In this document: positions 1 to 15,346 of the stretch, one piece after another
Layout of the letters: every line of letters starts with the position of its first letter
Numbering within the stretch: the first letter of the stretch is position 1
From: Eledone cirrhosa
Taxonomy: Eukaryota
Direction of reading: 5' to 3'
NCBI GenBank assembly: GCA_964016885.1
Contig: OZ024741.1
Location: 27,962,001-28,026,000 of the forward strand
DNA: 64,000 nt
Notes under the pieces: generated by a model
The model's input: the letters and a program-made list of their open reading frames with translations, nothing else
Database searches by the model: none
Told to the model about the DNA's origin: nothing
Program-made: the position numbers and the translations under genes

Positions 1-1040
1 GAGGAGTTTAAGACTGGCTGTCCATGGGAACTTCTCTATGCTGACGATCTGGTTCTTATAGCAGAATCAGTAGAGGAGCTATAAGAACCAGAATATAAAT
101 TCTGGCTATGGAAACAGCAGTTGGACTCAAGAGGACTGCGAGTGAACCTAGCTAAGACAAAAGTGTTGATGAGTAGAAACGAGGACAAAACTCTGATTCC
201 GTCAGGGAAATGGCCATGTTCGATATGCAGAAAAGGAACTGGCATAAATTCTATAAAATGTACACAATGCAGATCTTGGGTACACAAGACATGTAGCGGG
301 ATAGCAGGCAAACTAACAGGTAGGGAGAAATATGTATGCAGCAGATGTACAGGGAAATTTGACAGTAGAAGTCGCATTGATAGACACATTTTTCAAATGC
401 AGGTGGGTGCTATAGAAGTGGTGGATAGCTTCCGGTACCTAGGAGATCAGATTAGCATAGGAGGGGGGGGGTTTGCAAGGCCATAGTATCTAGAATAAGG
501 ACGGGTTGGAAGAAGTTTAGGGAGCTGCTTCCTCTGCTGACGAAGAAGGGTTTCTTCCTGCATATGAAAGGCGGGTTATATGATGCCTGTGTGAGGTGCG
601 CGATGCTGCATGGTAGTGAGACATGGGCAGCAACTGCAGAGGATATGCGACCGCTGGAGAGAAATGAGGCAAACATGTTCCGTTGGATGTGCATTGTCAA
701 CGTACATGAATGACCGAGCATGGATGTGTTGATAGAGAAACTGTGTCTGAGAGAGATAAATTGTAGTGTGTGGGAGAGGAGACTGCGATGGTATGGACAT
801 GTGATGCGTATGGAGGATGACCGCTGGGTAAAGAAGTTCCAGGAAATGCCAGTTGAAGGAAGACATAGTAGAGGAAGATCACGAAAAACAAGGGCAGAGG
901 TGGTGAGAGCAGACCTCAGATTGTTGAAACTCACGGAGCAGAAGACGAAGGACTGTGACAAGTAGAGAAATGCTGTGCTGAATAGGATCCGTCCCACCCT
1001 TGCAAGCAGGGAAAAGCGGACGTAAAATGATGATGATGAT
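1..1040 (+). mobile_element. RTE-clade LINE 3' portion (RT with YADD, PHD-like finger), frameshifted, (TGA)n tail
   Basis: ELLYADD, FRYLG and RLRWYGHV motifs; close copy of the 40.5-43.0 kb element with stops and indels. Confidence 0.92.
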
Positions 1041-1231
1041 ACAAGGGGGTTCTGAAAAGTTCCTGGCTTTGGGTAAAAGAAAATACAGGAGGATCAGTTA
1101 AATATGATATTCAACATATTCCCCTCTCAGGTTTACACACTTATTGCAACGGTCTTACCTCCGCTGTAAAGGTAACAGCTCTGCCCTTTCATGATACCCT
1201 TGGAGCCAAGTTCTTTTCAGCAACCCCGGTA
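1040..1231. mobile_element. Tc1/mariner-type MITE
   Basis: TA-flanked imperfect TIRs tacaagggggttctgaaaagttcctggc / gccaagttcttttcagcaaccccggta. Confidence 0.7.
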
Positions 1232-1369
1232 TTTGTATTAACACTATTTACATAATAATTAGTCGATAAATAATTATAATTAAGGTAAATATCAATCAAT
1301 CAAGATATGTTGACAACACCTGTACAATTAAATATTAGATATTAAAATTCTAAGCTACCTTTCTCACCT

Positions 1370-1840
1370 ACCCTACTATTCCACCACCAAGTCACCCTCC
1401 TCCTTGGAGCCCTGCTCCAGCCACAGATCTTGTCTGTAGCCTTCAGCAGATTACTGTTCCTCTATATTGTAAGTCTGTATCTCCTCTTACTGTTAAAAGC
1501 ATCAAGTGAGACACCTCTAAATTTGTTACTGAGTGCTCCCTGGACTTCCCTGTCCTTCTCCTCAAAGTTGCCCTCTCAGTCCACATTAGTTTAGTTCTAA
1601 CTTTAAAGTTGCTAACTACTAGATGTTGAGAGGCACATTCCTCACCAGGAAGGGACTTTGTGCTTACAACCATCAATCTATTTTGTCTTTTGGTGAAAAT
1701 AAAATCTATTGGACTAGTGTGCTCACCTGATCTGTAGATGATCAAGTGGTTGGCTGGTTTTCTGAAGTTTGTGTTACAGAATTCCAGGAGCTTTGACCCT
1801 TCCTCATTTCTCGTAGCAAACTCAAAGCCTTCCATGTAAA
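1370..1840 (-). mobile_element. Degenerate RTE LINE fragment (AP-endonuclease C-terminal part)
   Basis: RNEEGSKLLEFC, NTNFRK, YRSGEHTSPIDFI, QH.LVV motifs. Confidence 0.8.
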
Positions 1841-3222
1841 TGAAATATAGACGTATATCTAACTTTATATGGCTTGCACTTGAACTAAAACAACAAAAAA
1901 CTACAACCCTTACTTGCTTACAAACCCAGTGACCATATCAAATGACAACTGAAAATTTATAATATTACGGTACGACAAACATCCCACATTCAGTTTCTAT
2001 GGTACCATCTCTCACTACACACACAGCCAAATAACTAGATATATAAGAGATCAGGATAACAAACAGCACTTCTCTAAAGACACTTAGTTAACAACCAGCT
2101 TGCTTTGCTGAAACATAACTATGTTGTAAGAATCTAAATAAATAGAATTACATATATCATCATCATCATCATCGTTAGCATGGGTTAGACAAACAACTGT
2201 GCATATATATAAAAGTAGAACACTGGGAGGTAATATCCGTAGTAGTAGAGCATTCAATCCATACCGAGAACAATTGTTTCACCTTATGCGGATCTGAAGA
2301 TCTGCATAAGGTGAAAAACAATATACTAAAATGAATTTTAAATACCAGTGTACATAAAACATTTAGATATTAACTAAATGTAAACTCATTACACACGAGC
2401 AGAGTATAATATATATTTTCTGAAAAAAACACCCCAAAAAACCATGGCAGTGACTTCGAAGTTTCAGTGATTCCTTCTGGCTACCAGAGGAAGGAGTAAT
2501 TGAAATATTTTCTTCACAATATATAAGCAAGTCTCTTCTCTATTCTCTGTTTGTGTTTGCTGCAATCCTGTTGTCGATTACCTAATTTTTGTAAACCACA
2601 CCTGATGATGTCTCCAAAGTCTTACATCATGATCTGATGGTGTAACTAGGCCATAGAAATATGTGTTGTGATTTTGCAACATTAAAAGAATATTTCAATT
2701 CCAGTTGGATTAATTGGAGATGGTTGCTTTTGACAGGACCCGCTGGAAAGAGTGTTTGAGGACTCTGCCCCCATGACCCTCCAAGGAATAAGTGGGCAAA
2801 GAAGAAGCCTTCTGTTGTTTTTTAAATATCATTATCATCACCATTGTTTAATATCCATTTTCTACTAGCATCATCATCATTTAATGCCTGCTTTTCCTGC
2901 TAGCAAGGGTTGGATGGGTTTATATAGACCAAGTCAGTACTGAAGCGGAGCCACTGATGTCCCAGACTGGCCGAGGAGGTTTGTATCCTGCTTACATATG
3001 ACCATTATCGAGTGCAGAGGAGAAGTTGTTGTGTCTTTTGACCACTTTACAGTGTCTTTTGACCACTTTACAGCATGTACTGGGTGCTTTTATTGTGTAG
3101 ATCACCAGCACTAGGGAGAGTGTCATGTCCTTGACATAACTAAAAGATCCTCCCAATCCCTTGTTTTCCAAGCTTTCTACTGCTTTCTACATTATTTTAT
3201 TTTCTACGAATTCTCTTTGTAG

Positions 3223-3400
3223 TACTCGTTCTTCAATAAATATTCCATCAACGAACCATTCTCTGCCACTTGTACAGTCACATGGCTCACCAACCTATCC
3301 AGAGCAAGTCTTGCAAAATACCGAGACTACTGCAGGAAATTCAGACTTACTCTATCATCCAACAGACTTTAATGTCACGCCTATTGTTGATAATCCAAAA
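3223..3400 (+). CDS. ULK4: ULK4 exon (..[20 protein letters not shown])
   Basis: ttgtag acceptor (less certain), gtgaga donor; VTPIVDNPK motif. Confidence 0.8.
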
Positions 3401-6400
3401 GTGAGAATACTATTCTTCATTTAATTCATTGTTTTATTGTTCTGGTAACCACTGCCTTTGTTAACAACAAACAGATTTTCTCTCTGACTGAAGGGTGGAT
3501 TATATGGTGCCTGCATCATACAATATATATAGTATATTGGTGTGTAACATATATATATATATATATTGAGAGAGAGAGAGAGAGCAAAGGTAAAACTATA
3601 TATATAGGCGAAACTCCAGAGTAACAAGACTCACTTTTTAGCCTTAATTTAAATGAATATTAAAATTCTACTTTGGTATTGAGTACTTCTTTTTCTCTGC
3701 TGTCACCCACATACGTATATATATATATATATATATATAAAGAAACGTTCATATTTACATGTCTGTCTGTACACACGTTTTTCTCTCTCCAGATAATGAA
3801 AGTGATACCTCTGAAATATGAAGCAAAGTCTTTACCCATTGCTCCTTATGGATGTAAGTCAAGGAATTTCATTCACATATTTAATTTTACATTTTTTCAT
3901 GACAATATCCTTGATAGTGTCATTATTATAACCACCCTAACCACTGTAATCACCACCACAAGTTTTTTTCAAGTCTGGTACTTATTTTATTGATCTCTGT
4001 TGTCAAACTGCTAAGTTACAGGACATGTTGAGGGAGAATGAAATAAAAATGAAAGTGGAAGTAAGTAGAGCAAGAAAGATATGGCTAAAGGTGGTAGGGA
4101 AGGAATTGAAAGCTAGGGGCTTGATGAATGCAGAAAATAGGGAAAACTGGAGTTGATTGTCAAAGGGCTTTCCAGACAAACTTCTGCTTTAACAGGGAAA
4201 ATAACCTTGAAATGATTGTTGTTGTTTTTGTTAAGCTGTAACAACTCTAATCCTTTTTGACTTTGTTTTTTTTAAAAACATTTTTGTTATTTCAGGGGAA
4301 AAATTATTGACTTTATCTGATAAAGTTTACCAAAAACACATGAACCAGATCGTTGATATATTTCTAAATACAGAAAAAGGCCCACCCACTCAAAAGCGTA
4401 ACAACTTCATAAACTATCTTGGAACACTGGCCCCTAATTCTACCATTGCCAATTCCTTGGTTAAACAGGGAATGTTGACTCATTTGGCAAGACAAACAAA
4501 AGAAAATTATCATACTGACATGTAAGTAGATGTTGATCCCTCATCTGACATTTTCAGTCTGTCTACATGTATGATGTTCTCTGATATTTTGTGTTTTAGG
4601 GTTAGGGTCAAGATAAACTGTGCCCTTCATCCTTTCAAGGTAGATAAAGTACCAGTCCAAATTCTCTCTCCCTCTCTCTGTGTAAGAGAGAGGGAGAGAG
4701 AGAGTGACAGAAATTGGCTTCAATTCCTCCTCTATTTCGAATTGTCATGTAATAATTTTTCAGCCAATCCCCATATTAACACGAACAAGCTTTTCAAACC
4801 ACAATAATTATATAATAGCTCCAAATGGGATTATGTCTGAAGCAGACATATTTGGGTATATTGGTATTTCATGTGATATATATAATATACACTGTATAGT
4901 TGGGTATATTGGTATTTCATGTGATATATATAATATACACTGTATAGTTGGTTATATTGGTATTTCATGTGATATATATAATATACACTGTATAGTTGGC
5001 TATATTGGTATTTCATGTGATATATATAATATACACTGTATAGTTGGCTATAATGGTATTTCATGTGATATATATAATATACACTGTATAGTTGGGTATA
5101 TTGGTATTTCATGTGATATATATAATATACACTGTATAGTTGGGTATATTGGTATTTCATGTGATATATATAATATACACTGTATAGTTGGCTATATTGG
5201 TATTTCATGTGATATATATAATATACACTGTATAGTTGGGTATATTGGTATTTCATGTGATATATATAATATACACTGTATAGTTGGCTATATTGGTATT
5301 TCATGTGATATATATAATATACACTGTATAGTTGGCTATATTGGTATTTCATGTGATATATATAATATACACTGTATAGTTGAGTATATTGGTATTTCAT
5401 GTGATATATATAATATACACTGTATAGTTGGCTATATTGGTATTTCATGTGATATATATAATATACACTGTATAGTTGGCTATATTGGTATTTCATGTGA
5501 TATATATAATATACACTGTATAGTTGGCTATATAGGTATTTCATGTGATATATATAATATACACTGTATAGTTGGGTATATTGGTATTTCATGTGATATA
5601 TATAATATACACTGTATAGTTGGTTATATTGGTATTTCATGTGATATATATAATATACACTGTATAGTTGGGTATATTGGTATTTCATGTGATATATATA
5701 ATATACACTGTATAGTTGGCCTTATTGGTATTTCATGTGATATATATAATATACACTGTATAGTTGGCTATATTGGTATTTCATGTGATATATATAATAT
5801 ACACTGTATAGTTGGCTATATTGGTATTTCATGTGATATATATAATATACACTGTATAGTTGGGTATATTGGTATTTCATGTGATATATATAATATACAC
5901 TGTATAGTTGGCTATATTGGTATATCATGTGATATATATAATATACACTGTATAGTTGGGTATATTGGTATTTCATGTGATATATATAATATACACTGTA
6001 TAGTTGGCCTTATTGGTATTTCATGTGATATATATAATATACACTGTATAGTTGGCTATATTGGTATTTCATGTGATATATATAATATACACTGTATAGT
6101 TGGTTATATTGGTATTTCATGTGATATATATAATATACACTGTATAGTTGGGTATATTGGTATTTCATGTGATATATATAATATACACTGTATAGTTGGC
6201 TATATTGGTATTTCATGTGATATATATAATATACACTGTATAGTTGGCTATAATGGTATTTCATGTGATATATATAATATACACTGTATAGTTGGCTATA
6301 ATGGTATTTCATGTGATATATATAATATACACTGTATAGTTGGCTATATTGGTATTTCATGTGATATATATAATATACACTGTATAGTTGGCTATATTGG

Positions 6401-9400
6401 TATTTCATGTGATATATATAATATACACTCTATAGTTGGCTATATTGGTATTTCATGTGATATATATAATATACACTGTATAGTTGGCTATATTGGTATT
6501 TCATGTGATATATATAATATACACTCTATAGTTGGCTATATTGGTATTTCATGTGATATATATAATATACACTCTATAGTTGGCTATATTGGTATTTCAT
6601 GTGATATATATAATATACACTGTATAGTTGGCTATATTGGTATTTCATGTGATATATATAATATACACTCTATAGTTGGCTATATTGGTATTTCATGTGA
6701 TATATATAATATACACTGTATAGTTGGTTATATTGGTATTTCATGTGATATATATAATATACACTGTATAGTTGGCTATATTGGTATTTCATGTGATATA
6801 TATAATATACACTCTATAGTTGGCTATATTGGTATTTCATGTGATATATATAATATACACTCTATAGTTGGCTATATTGGTATTTCATGTGATATATATA
6901 ATATACACTGTATAGTTGGCTATATTGGTATTTCATGTGATATATATAATATACACTGTATAGTTGGGTATATTGGTATTTCATGTGATATATATAATAT
7001 ACACTGTATAGTTGGCTATATTGGTATTTCATGTGATATATATAATATACACTCTATAGTTGGCTATATTGGTATTTCATGTGATATATATAATATACAC
7101 TGTATAGTTGGCTATATTGGTATTTCATGTGATATATATAATATACACTCTATAGTTGGCTATATTGGTATTTCATGTGATATATATAATATACACTGTA
7201 TAGTTGGTTATATTGGTATTTCATGTGATATATATAATATACACTGTATAGTTGGCTATATTGGTATTTCATGTGATATATATAATATACACTCTATAGT
7301 TGGCTATATTGGTATTTCATGTGATATATATAATATACACTGTATAGTTGGCTATATTGGTATTTCATGTGATATATATAATATACACTCTATAGTTGGC
7401 TATATTGGTATTTCATGTGATATATATAATATACACTGTATAGTTGGCTATATTGGTATTTCATGTGATATATATAATATACACTGTATAGTTGGGTATA
7501 TTGGTATTTCATGTGATATATATAATATACACTGTATAGTTGGCTATATTGGTATTTCATGTGATATATATATAATATACACTGTATAGTTGGCTATATT
7601 GGTATATCATGTGATATATATAATATACACTGTATAGTTGGCTATATTGGTATATCATGTGATATATATAATATACACTGTATAGTTGGCTATATTGGTA
7701 TTTCATGTGATATATATAATATACACTATATAGTTGGCTATATTGTTATTTCATGTGATATATATAATATACACTGTATAGTTGGCTATATTGGTATTTC
7801 ATGTGATATATATAATATACACTCTATAGTTGGCTATATTGGTATTTCATGTGATATATATAATATACACTGTATAGTTGAGTATATTGGTATTTCATGT
7901 GATATATATAATATACACTGTATAGTTGGGTATATTGGTATTTCATGTGATATATATAATATACACTGTATAGTTGGGTATATTGGTATTTCATGTGATA
8001 TATATAATATACACTGTATAGTTGGGTATATTGGTATTTCATGTGATATATATAATATACACTGTATAGTTGGCTATATTGGTATTTCATGTGATATATA
8101 TAATATACACTGTATAGTTGGCTATATTGGTATTTCATGTGATATATATAATATACACTGTATAGTTGGGTATATTGGTATTTCATGTGATATATATAAT
8201 ATACACTGTATAGTTGGCTATAATGGTATTTCATGTGATATATATAATATACACTGTATAGTTGGCTATAATGGTATTTCATGTGATATATATAATATAC
8301 ACTGTATAGTTGGGTATATTGGTATTTCATGTGATATATATAATATACACTGTATAGTTGGGTATATTGGTATTTCATGTGATATATATAATATACACTG
8401 TATAGTTGGCTATATTGGTATTTCATGTGATATATATAATATACACTGTATGGTATATTGGTTTTTCATGTGATATATATAATATACACTGTATAGTTGG
8501 GTATATTGGTATTTCATGTGATATATATAATATACACTGTATGGTATATTGGTATTTCATGTGATATATATAATATACACTGTATAGTTGGGTATATTGG
8601 TATTTCATGTGATATATATAATATACACTGTATGGTATATTGGTATTTCATGTGATATATATAATATACACTGTATAGTTGGCTATAATGGTATTTCATG
8701 TGATATATATAATATACACTGTATAGTTGGGTATATTGGTATTTCATTTTGTTTATGTACAATGGATTCTTCCCTTGGGAGTCAGGTGGTTCTCCCTTAA
8801 CCCTTTAGCATTTAAACCGGCCATATCCGGCCAGAATTTTCTCACCTCTTTCTATTCAAACCGGTTGTAAACAGTCACTCATACCAACATTAAGGTATTG
8901 TTCTCAAAATAAATATCAAAATCTTGTAGGTTCAACATTATGTGAGATAATTATGAAGATAAAGCCTTTACCTCAAAAATACAATAGTATATATAGAGTA
9001 ATGTAAATGCTAAAGGGTTAAGAATCACTGGTACGGAAAGTTAAATTTGCATGTTTTTTGTTCTCACCATAATATAACTTGTTTATTGCTACTTGTAGAA
9101 GATCTAAACTGAGTCGCATTACAGCTCTTCTGGTAAATTCCACAACAGAAATTGATGACTCTGTAAACCTATCAGAGGTGAGTATTGCTATTATTTTAGT
9201 AACATTTCTGATCAAATTTACTGATGCTTTTCACAGTTCATCTACAGTCATTTTTCTGTGGCTCAGTGGTTAGGGTGCTGGACTCACAAATGTAAGGTCC
9301 TGAGTTTGATTCCCATATTGAGCAGCACGTTGTGTTCTTCAACAAGAAACTTTAATTCATGTTGCTCCAGTGCACTCAGCTGGAAAAATAATTTGCGACG

Positions 9401-9474
9401 ACACTAGTTCCAAAATATATTACATTTGCCTTTCCCATGGACACAATCTTATAGTTTATTTAGTGTGTCTATAG

Positions 9475-9512
<38 letters not shown>

Positions 9513-9622
9513 GTATTTATAATGTATATACATGTATAGTACATATGAGTTGCGACAGCACTAGTACCAAGTTTTATCAATTTTTGTCTTTCCCTTTGAC
9601 ATCAGTATTGTGTGTGTCTATA

Positions 9623-9695
<73 letters not shown>

Positions 9696-12600
9696 GTATT
9701 TATAATGTATATACATGTATAGTACATATGAGTTGCGACAGCACTAGTACCAAGTTTTATCAATTTTTGTCTTTCCCTTTGACATCAGTATTGTGGAGAG
9801 GAGAGACTTGTATGTATGAGTGACTGCTGGTTTTCTACAAAACATCCTGCTCAGGCTTGTGCTTTGGAGATACAAACCCATGATCAATTAATCAGGGATT
9901 TGTCACTCATGGCTGAAGAGGGCCCTTTCCTTTTTTCTGTTGACACTTGTAAAATACTCAGTGACTTTTCAGTAATTTTTTGCTATTTTTTAATGCAAAT
10001 GATTGAATTTGTCTTTTTTGCAGCCAATCACTATATTTAGTGAATTACTCCGTGACAATCTTAAAAATGGTAAACTGCGGCATAGCTTATTACCTGCTGT
10101 TGGAGAACTACTCTTTCTTGTGGCTAGTCAGGTTAGTGTTATTATCATCCTCTTCTGTCCACTTGATGCAGTATCACCCCCTTGACCCTTTTTGATATGG
10201 CTTCTACAATGGGGTGCTCTTCCTATCACCAACCACCTTACAGGATGTTCTGGGTGCATTTATCATGACACCAATACTCGAGAAGTTGTCGTCATTGATT
10301 CAACTGAAGACCCCTTGAGGTGTTGCCAAGTGTGTGTATGAGTGTAGGGGGAGGGGAATTTAATTTGACAGGGTTAGGGGCGGTAGATGTGAGGGGAGAC
10401 ATCCAGCACTGTGGGAGGTACAGTAGTGATAACAGCTACTAGAGGGCTACGACTGGTGTCAAGGGGTAAGGGGGATATCTAGAGTAGAGTGGGAGGATGG
10501 GTCGATTGTGACACTGGATAGAGTGTGGAATATGGGTGTTAGGATTTAGAAGGGGTAAAAGTAACCCTGGAGTAAGGTTGGAGGTGTACAGTGATGCTGA
10601 GAATAGCTATAGTAGGGGCAGAGGTGCAGTAATAGCGATGATAGCTTGTAAGGAGTGATAGCCAGGGGTGGATATTTGGCTGTGTCAGGTCAAGTTTTAG
10701 GTTGGTCGACAGGTTTTTCACCAACACAGCATGTTGCCAGTCCTTATTATCCTTGGTCACATATATAATATGGTCACATGATGCATATAGCAGTACCAGG
10801 AGTTGTTAGTGGGAAGAAGCTGCTGTAGAGAAAGGCCAAGGAAATCATCAGTAGAAATGGTGAGAGTGGATCTGAAAATACTGACCTTCACAGAGATGAC
10901 AAAGGAATGTAATGAGTGAAGGAAGCTGTGTTGGGAATGAGCCATGTAAACATGGAGAAACAGTTGTTATAAGGATGATGATAAATATATTGTAAGTAGC
11001 TGTCACTTATTGATATAAAAGAAATAGATTATTTCTCCACATATAGAGGTCTGTATCAGACTATGTTTGAAACCTGTAAAACATATACTGGTATATATCT
11101 TACAACAACTGCATTCTGTGAAGGGAAAGTGCTGCTGCCATGATAAAATGCACTCAGTCTACTCTGTGAAGTGGTAGTGCTGCTGCCATGATAAAATGCA
11201 CTCAGTCTACTCTGTGAAGTGGTACCTAATCAACTTTGTAAAATGGTTGCCAAAGGAAGGGCATCTAGCCATAGAAATCAGGCCTGTCATCCTACCTGTC
11301 TAGTTTCAGAATATAACAACGTGTCTCACCTATGCCAGCATAAAAATGAACATAAGACGGTAATGAGGAAGATGATGATTTTCCTACTGGCATGGGTTGG
11401 ATAGGTTGTCATGATTTGAGTCAGTTCTTATTCTGAATAAACTACCCTCGACCACATCACACGCAGATGTTTCAGATTTTGGCATGGTTTCTACGGCTGG
11501 ATATCCTGCCTAACACAGACAACTTTACAAAGTGTATTAGGTGCATTTATTATGGCACCAGCACTAGTGAGGTTGTCATATTCTCAATAAAACTAAAGAG
11601 TTCCTTCTACTTTACATTACTCTATTATGTGTTCCAGCCGACAGGCTGAGGCCATGCTGCGGCACTATCTGATCTCTAGTATAGTTGATTACTAAAAACT
11701 TTCCTCAAAAGTTTTGGTATACCCTCTCACTCAATAATATTACAAAAGATTTTCATTTATTTGTTTTCAGCGACTATTTATACTGCCATAAATAATGTTG
11801 TACAAGTCAATTTTTTAAAGCCTTGCAAGCTTTCTCCAGAACTAGGGGTCAACTTTTAGGGGTGAGAGAGGTAAAATGGGAATCTTTACTGCCAAGTAGT
11901 AAACAATTTTCATAATTAGCCACATGGGTTTGGTGTCACTACTGGCTGTTTACATCACTAAATAACAGAGTGTAATGGTTAATAACATTTACATAAGTAC
12001 TTTGTAGGTTTATAACCATGATTTACTATATCATATACAGTATATATATCATAATCTTGATTTGCTATAGTACTAATGAAAGACACTGCCTATGTGTTTC
12101 AATTAAATTTTGAAAATAATGAAAATCTGGAGGAATTTAATGAAATAACTTATATTTTCATTAATGAGCTGATGTTTGGAACATTACTTAAACATTTTTT
12201 AAATAAAATTATGCTGAAAAGTTTTAATATAAGTATGAATATTTATAAATGGACAGTTTTCTATCATAAAACCAGAGCAGTTTCAGGTGGGTTGGTGCCA
12301 AAAGGGTTCATCATCATCGTTTAACATCCATCTTCCACGCTAACATGGGTTATGGTTTGATTTACAGTCATCAAGTACTATAGTTTACTCAGGTGTTTTG
12401 TAGGTGTTCTATTGTATTTTACTATAATACACATTAGGCATGTTTTAATCAACAGTTAGGACAACCCTAGGGCAATCCTCAATAAGAACAACCTCAGTAG
12501 ACTTTGTCATATGTTTTGAGGGTTAACTTGTATATTAGGTATAGACCCAACACAGAATACTGAACTAGTAATGTTAAACCGTACTCATATGCCATAATTT

Positions 12601-13952
12601 AAAGTAGTTGATTTATGAAAGTGAGAATCAGAACTGAGAGAAAATGAAAATATTAAAAAAGAAAATTCTGTAAAATTATATTTGATATACAAAAACTCAT
12701 AATTTTAAATATTTCTTATGAAGAGCACTGTCAATGATTTTCACATTGTTGAAAAAATCAAGATTTTGGAAAGATTTATATCTGACAGAAAAATTTAGGA
12801 ATCAATTTCTAATTAAAGTATATATGAAGTTTTGTATTGTATTTGGTTTTGTTGTTATTTTAGGAAAGTCAAAGAGGTGAGAGTATTGAAAATTGGTCCG
12901 TTCCTGCCATGACCTCTACAATTATTGGTAAATGTTGTAGAGAAGAGGTCAGTGATATTTTGTTTCAATATTTAACATGTCAATAATAAGGATTTCATAA
13001 TCATCATCATTGTTGTTTTAACGTCTGCTTTGCTGTTAGCAAGGGTTAGACAGGGTTACGTAGACCAGGTCAGTACTGAAGCGGAGCCCCTGATCTCATC
13101 ATCTTATCTTTAGCCTTGGAAAGTCCATTGTTGTACATAGGCCTTCTGCAAGCTGTGCCATTTTTGTTGATCTTGAGCCATTCCTGTCCAAAATATTTCA
13201 ATTTTCTCAAGATTATCTCACCATCTGGACTTCTGGTGGCCTCAGTTTCTTGTGTGACCTCGTGGGATCCAGAAATTGACATGGTGGTCCATCTTTTGTC
13301 AGTCATTCTGGCAATGTGTCCCACCCACTTTTTGCTTTGCTAATGATTTCTAGAATGTCACAAACTTTTGTTGGATCCATTTTTCTCAATCCTTTCAGGG
13401 TTGATAAAATAAAGAGTCAATCAAATACTGGGGTTTAATTAATCAATTTTCACCTCTCCACGAGTTGTTGGCCTTGTGCCTGAATTAGAAATAATAATAT
13501 TGTTGTCTTTTCAGGGGGATCTCATTGTGAACCATTTAGCTGCTAAAATAATTGAGAATGTTACCACAACGTTTGGTCTTCATGCTCAGGTAAGTTTAAA
13601 CCTGAAAAATACAGGTATGTTAAACTGGGCTAATTTCTGCTTCTGAAGTATCTTTAAAATAAAAATATATATCATTTATTTTATATATGGAGATTTATTC
13701 CACTGATAAGTGAATGCAATATAGAATATTTATGTGGATGTACTCAGTAAATAAGGTGTATTTTCTATGTATTTATTAATGCTCTAACCACTAAACCATG
13801 CACCTTCATTTAACTAGAGGGTCCGTCGAGCTGCCGATTATTGAGTCGGGTAGGATCGATACAGATCGAACCTTGAGCTGATCAGTGGCGAAACGCGTGT
13901 CACCTATCAATAAATGCAATGAAGGAGTAATCAATCGTCCTTGTTATCCTTT

Positions 13953-13990
<38 letters not shown>

Positions 13991-15283
13991 AAGGACTAGT
14001 GTCCGAAACGTTAAGACCCTCTTCCTGCTATATCAAGCGTTAACCTAATATATCCCTTCCATACACTGTACCAATTGTGTTGTTATTTCTGTTTACCTTT
14101 TACATATATATATATATATGTAATGAATGATGATGATGATGATGTAATACAGAATACCCCAGTAATACAGAATACCCCCCCCCCCCCACAGGTACAAGCC
14201 GAAGCTGAAGCATATAGACAATATGCGCCCACACCCTCTCACTACAAAGTGGTCGGCAAAAAAAGCACCCAGCCCACACTGTACAGTGGACGTGTAGGCG
14301 CCACGGAAAAAAAGCACCCAGCACTCACTGTAAATGAGGTTGGTGTTAGGAAGGGCATCCAGCTGTAGAAATCAAGCCAGAATCAGTTCCCGTATGAGCA
14401 AGACAAGGTCAGCCGACCGGACACTGCCCACAACAGGACAACCCGTCTAACCCATGCTAGCGTGGAAGAACGGACGTAAAACGGTGGTGGTGGTGATGAT
14501 GATGATGATGATATATATATATATAATAATTGTTTCTACTTTAGGCACAAGGCCAGCAATTACCCAGTGCATTACTGGTACTTTATTTTATCGACCCCGT
14601 AAGGATGAAAGGCAAAGTCAACCTCGGCGGGATTTGAACTCAGATCGTAAAGGGACGTAACTATGCTGGAAAGCATGGCGTCCGACCCTCTACCGATACT
14701 GATAAATGTGAAGACTAAAATCCAAAGTGAAGGTGCATGGTTTAGTGGTTAGAGCACCGGGCTTACAATACTGAGGTTGTGAGTTTGATTCTCAGACCAG
14801 GCTTTGAACAAAACACTTTATTTCACATTGCTCCAGCTCACTCAGCCGTAGCAATGAGTTTACCCAGCTATGGGTTAAAAACCTGCAATTGGCCAAGTGT
14901 AGTGAGTACAGTTACACCTCTGACATGACCAAAACCCAAACAGAAAACAGTGGAGGTGAATCAGGGAGGGTTCCTCTGGTAGGAGTGAAAAGGCCCTGGA
15001 TTGAATATGGATTGAATATTAATTGAAGTTTAATTAGTCTCAGTGAGTGGATAAAATATATAGATAAAATATCACTCAGAGAAGCAATATTACATTTAAG
15101 TGAGAAAAACTCTATTTATGGGAGTATAAGCCAGACAAAAAAATATTTTAGTTAGTCTCACCAATATAAAGATCTCCTTACCATGTGTAAAAAAATTGGA
15201 ATTACCAATAATTGAAGAATCCGCAATACTCTTCAGTATGACCAAGAAATTATACTTTGAAACGGTATGTATAATTTCTTGGT

Positions 15284-15346
<63 letters not shown>

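Noticed and set aside
1850-3200. Additional upstream ULK4 exons
   Set aside because: No segment with convincing splice sites and ULK4 similarity; the linker is poorly conserved, so a small exon could have been missed.
4704-7589. 961-aa ORF as a real gene or ULK4 exon
   Set aside because: It is the translation of a 48-bp satellite. The nearby acceptor at 4763 is out of phase with the preceding ULK4 exon and hits a stop, and ULK4 splices cleanly around it.
9258-9330. tRNA-like sequences here and at other SINE heads
   Set aside because: Degenerate A/B boxes joined to SINE bodies and tails; no intact cloverleaf.
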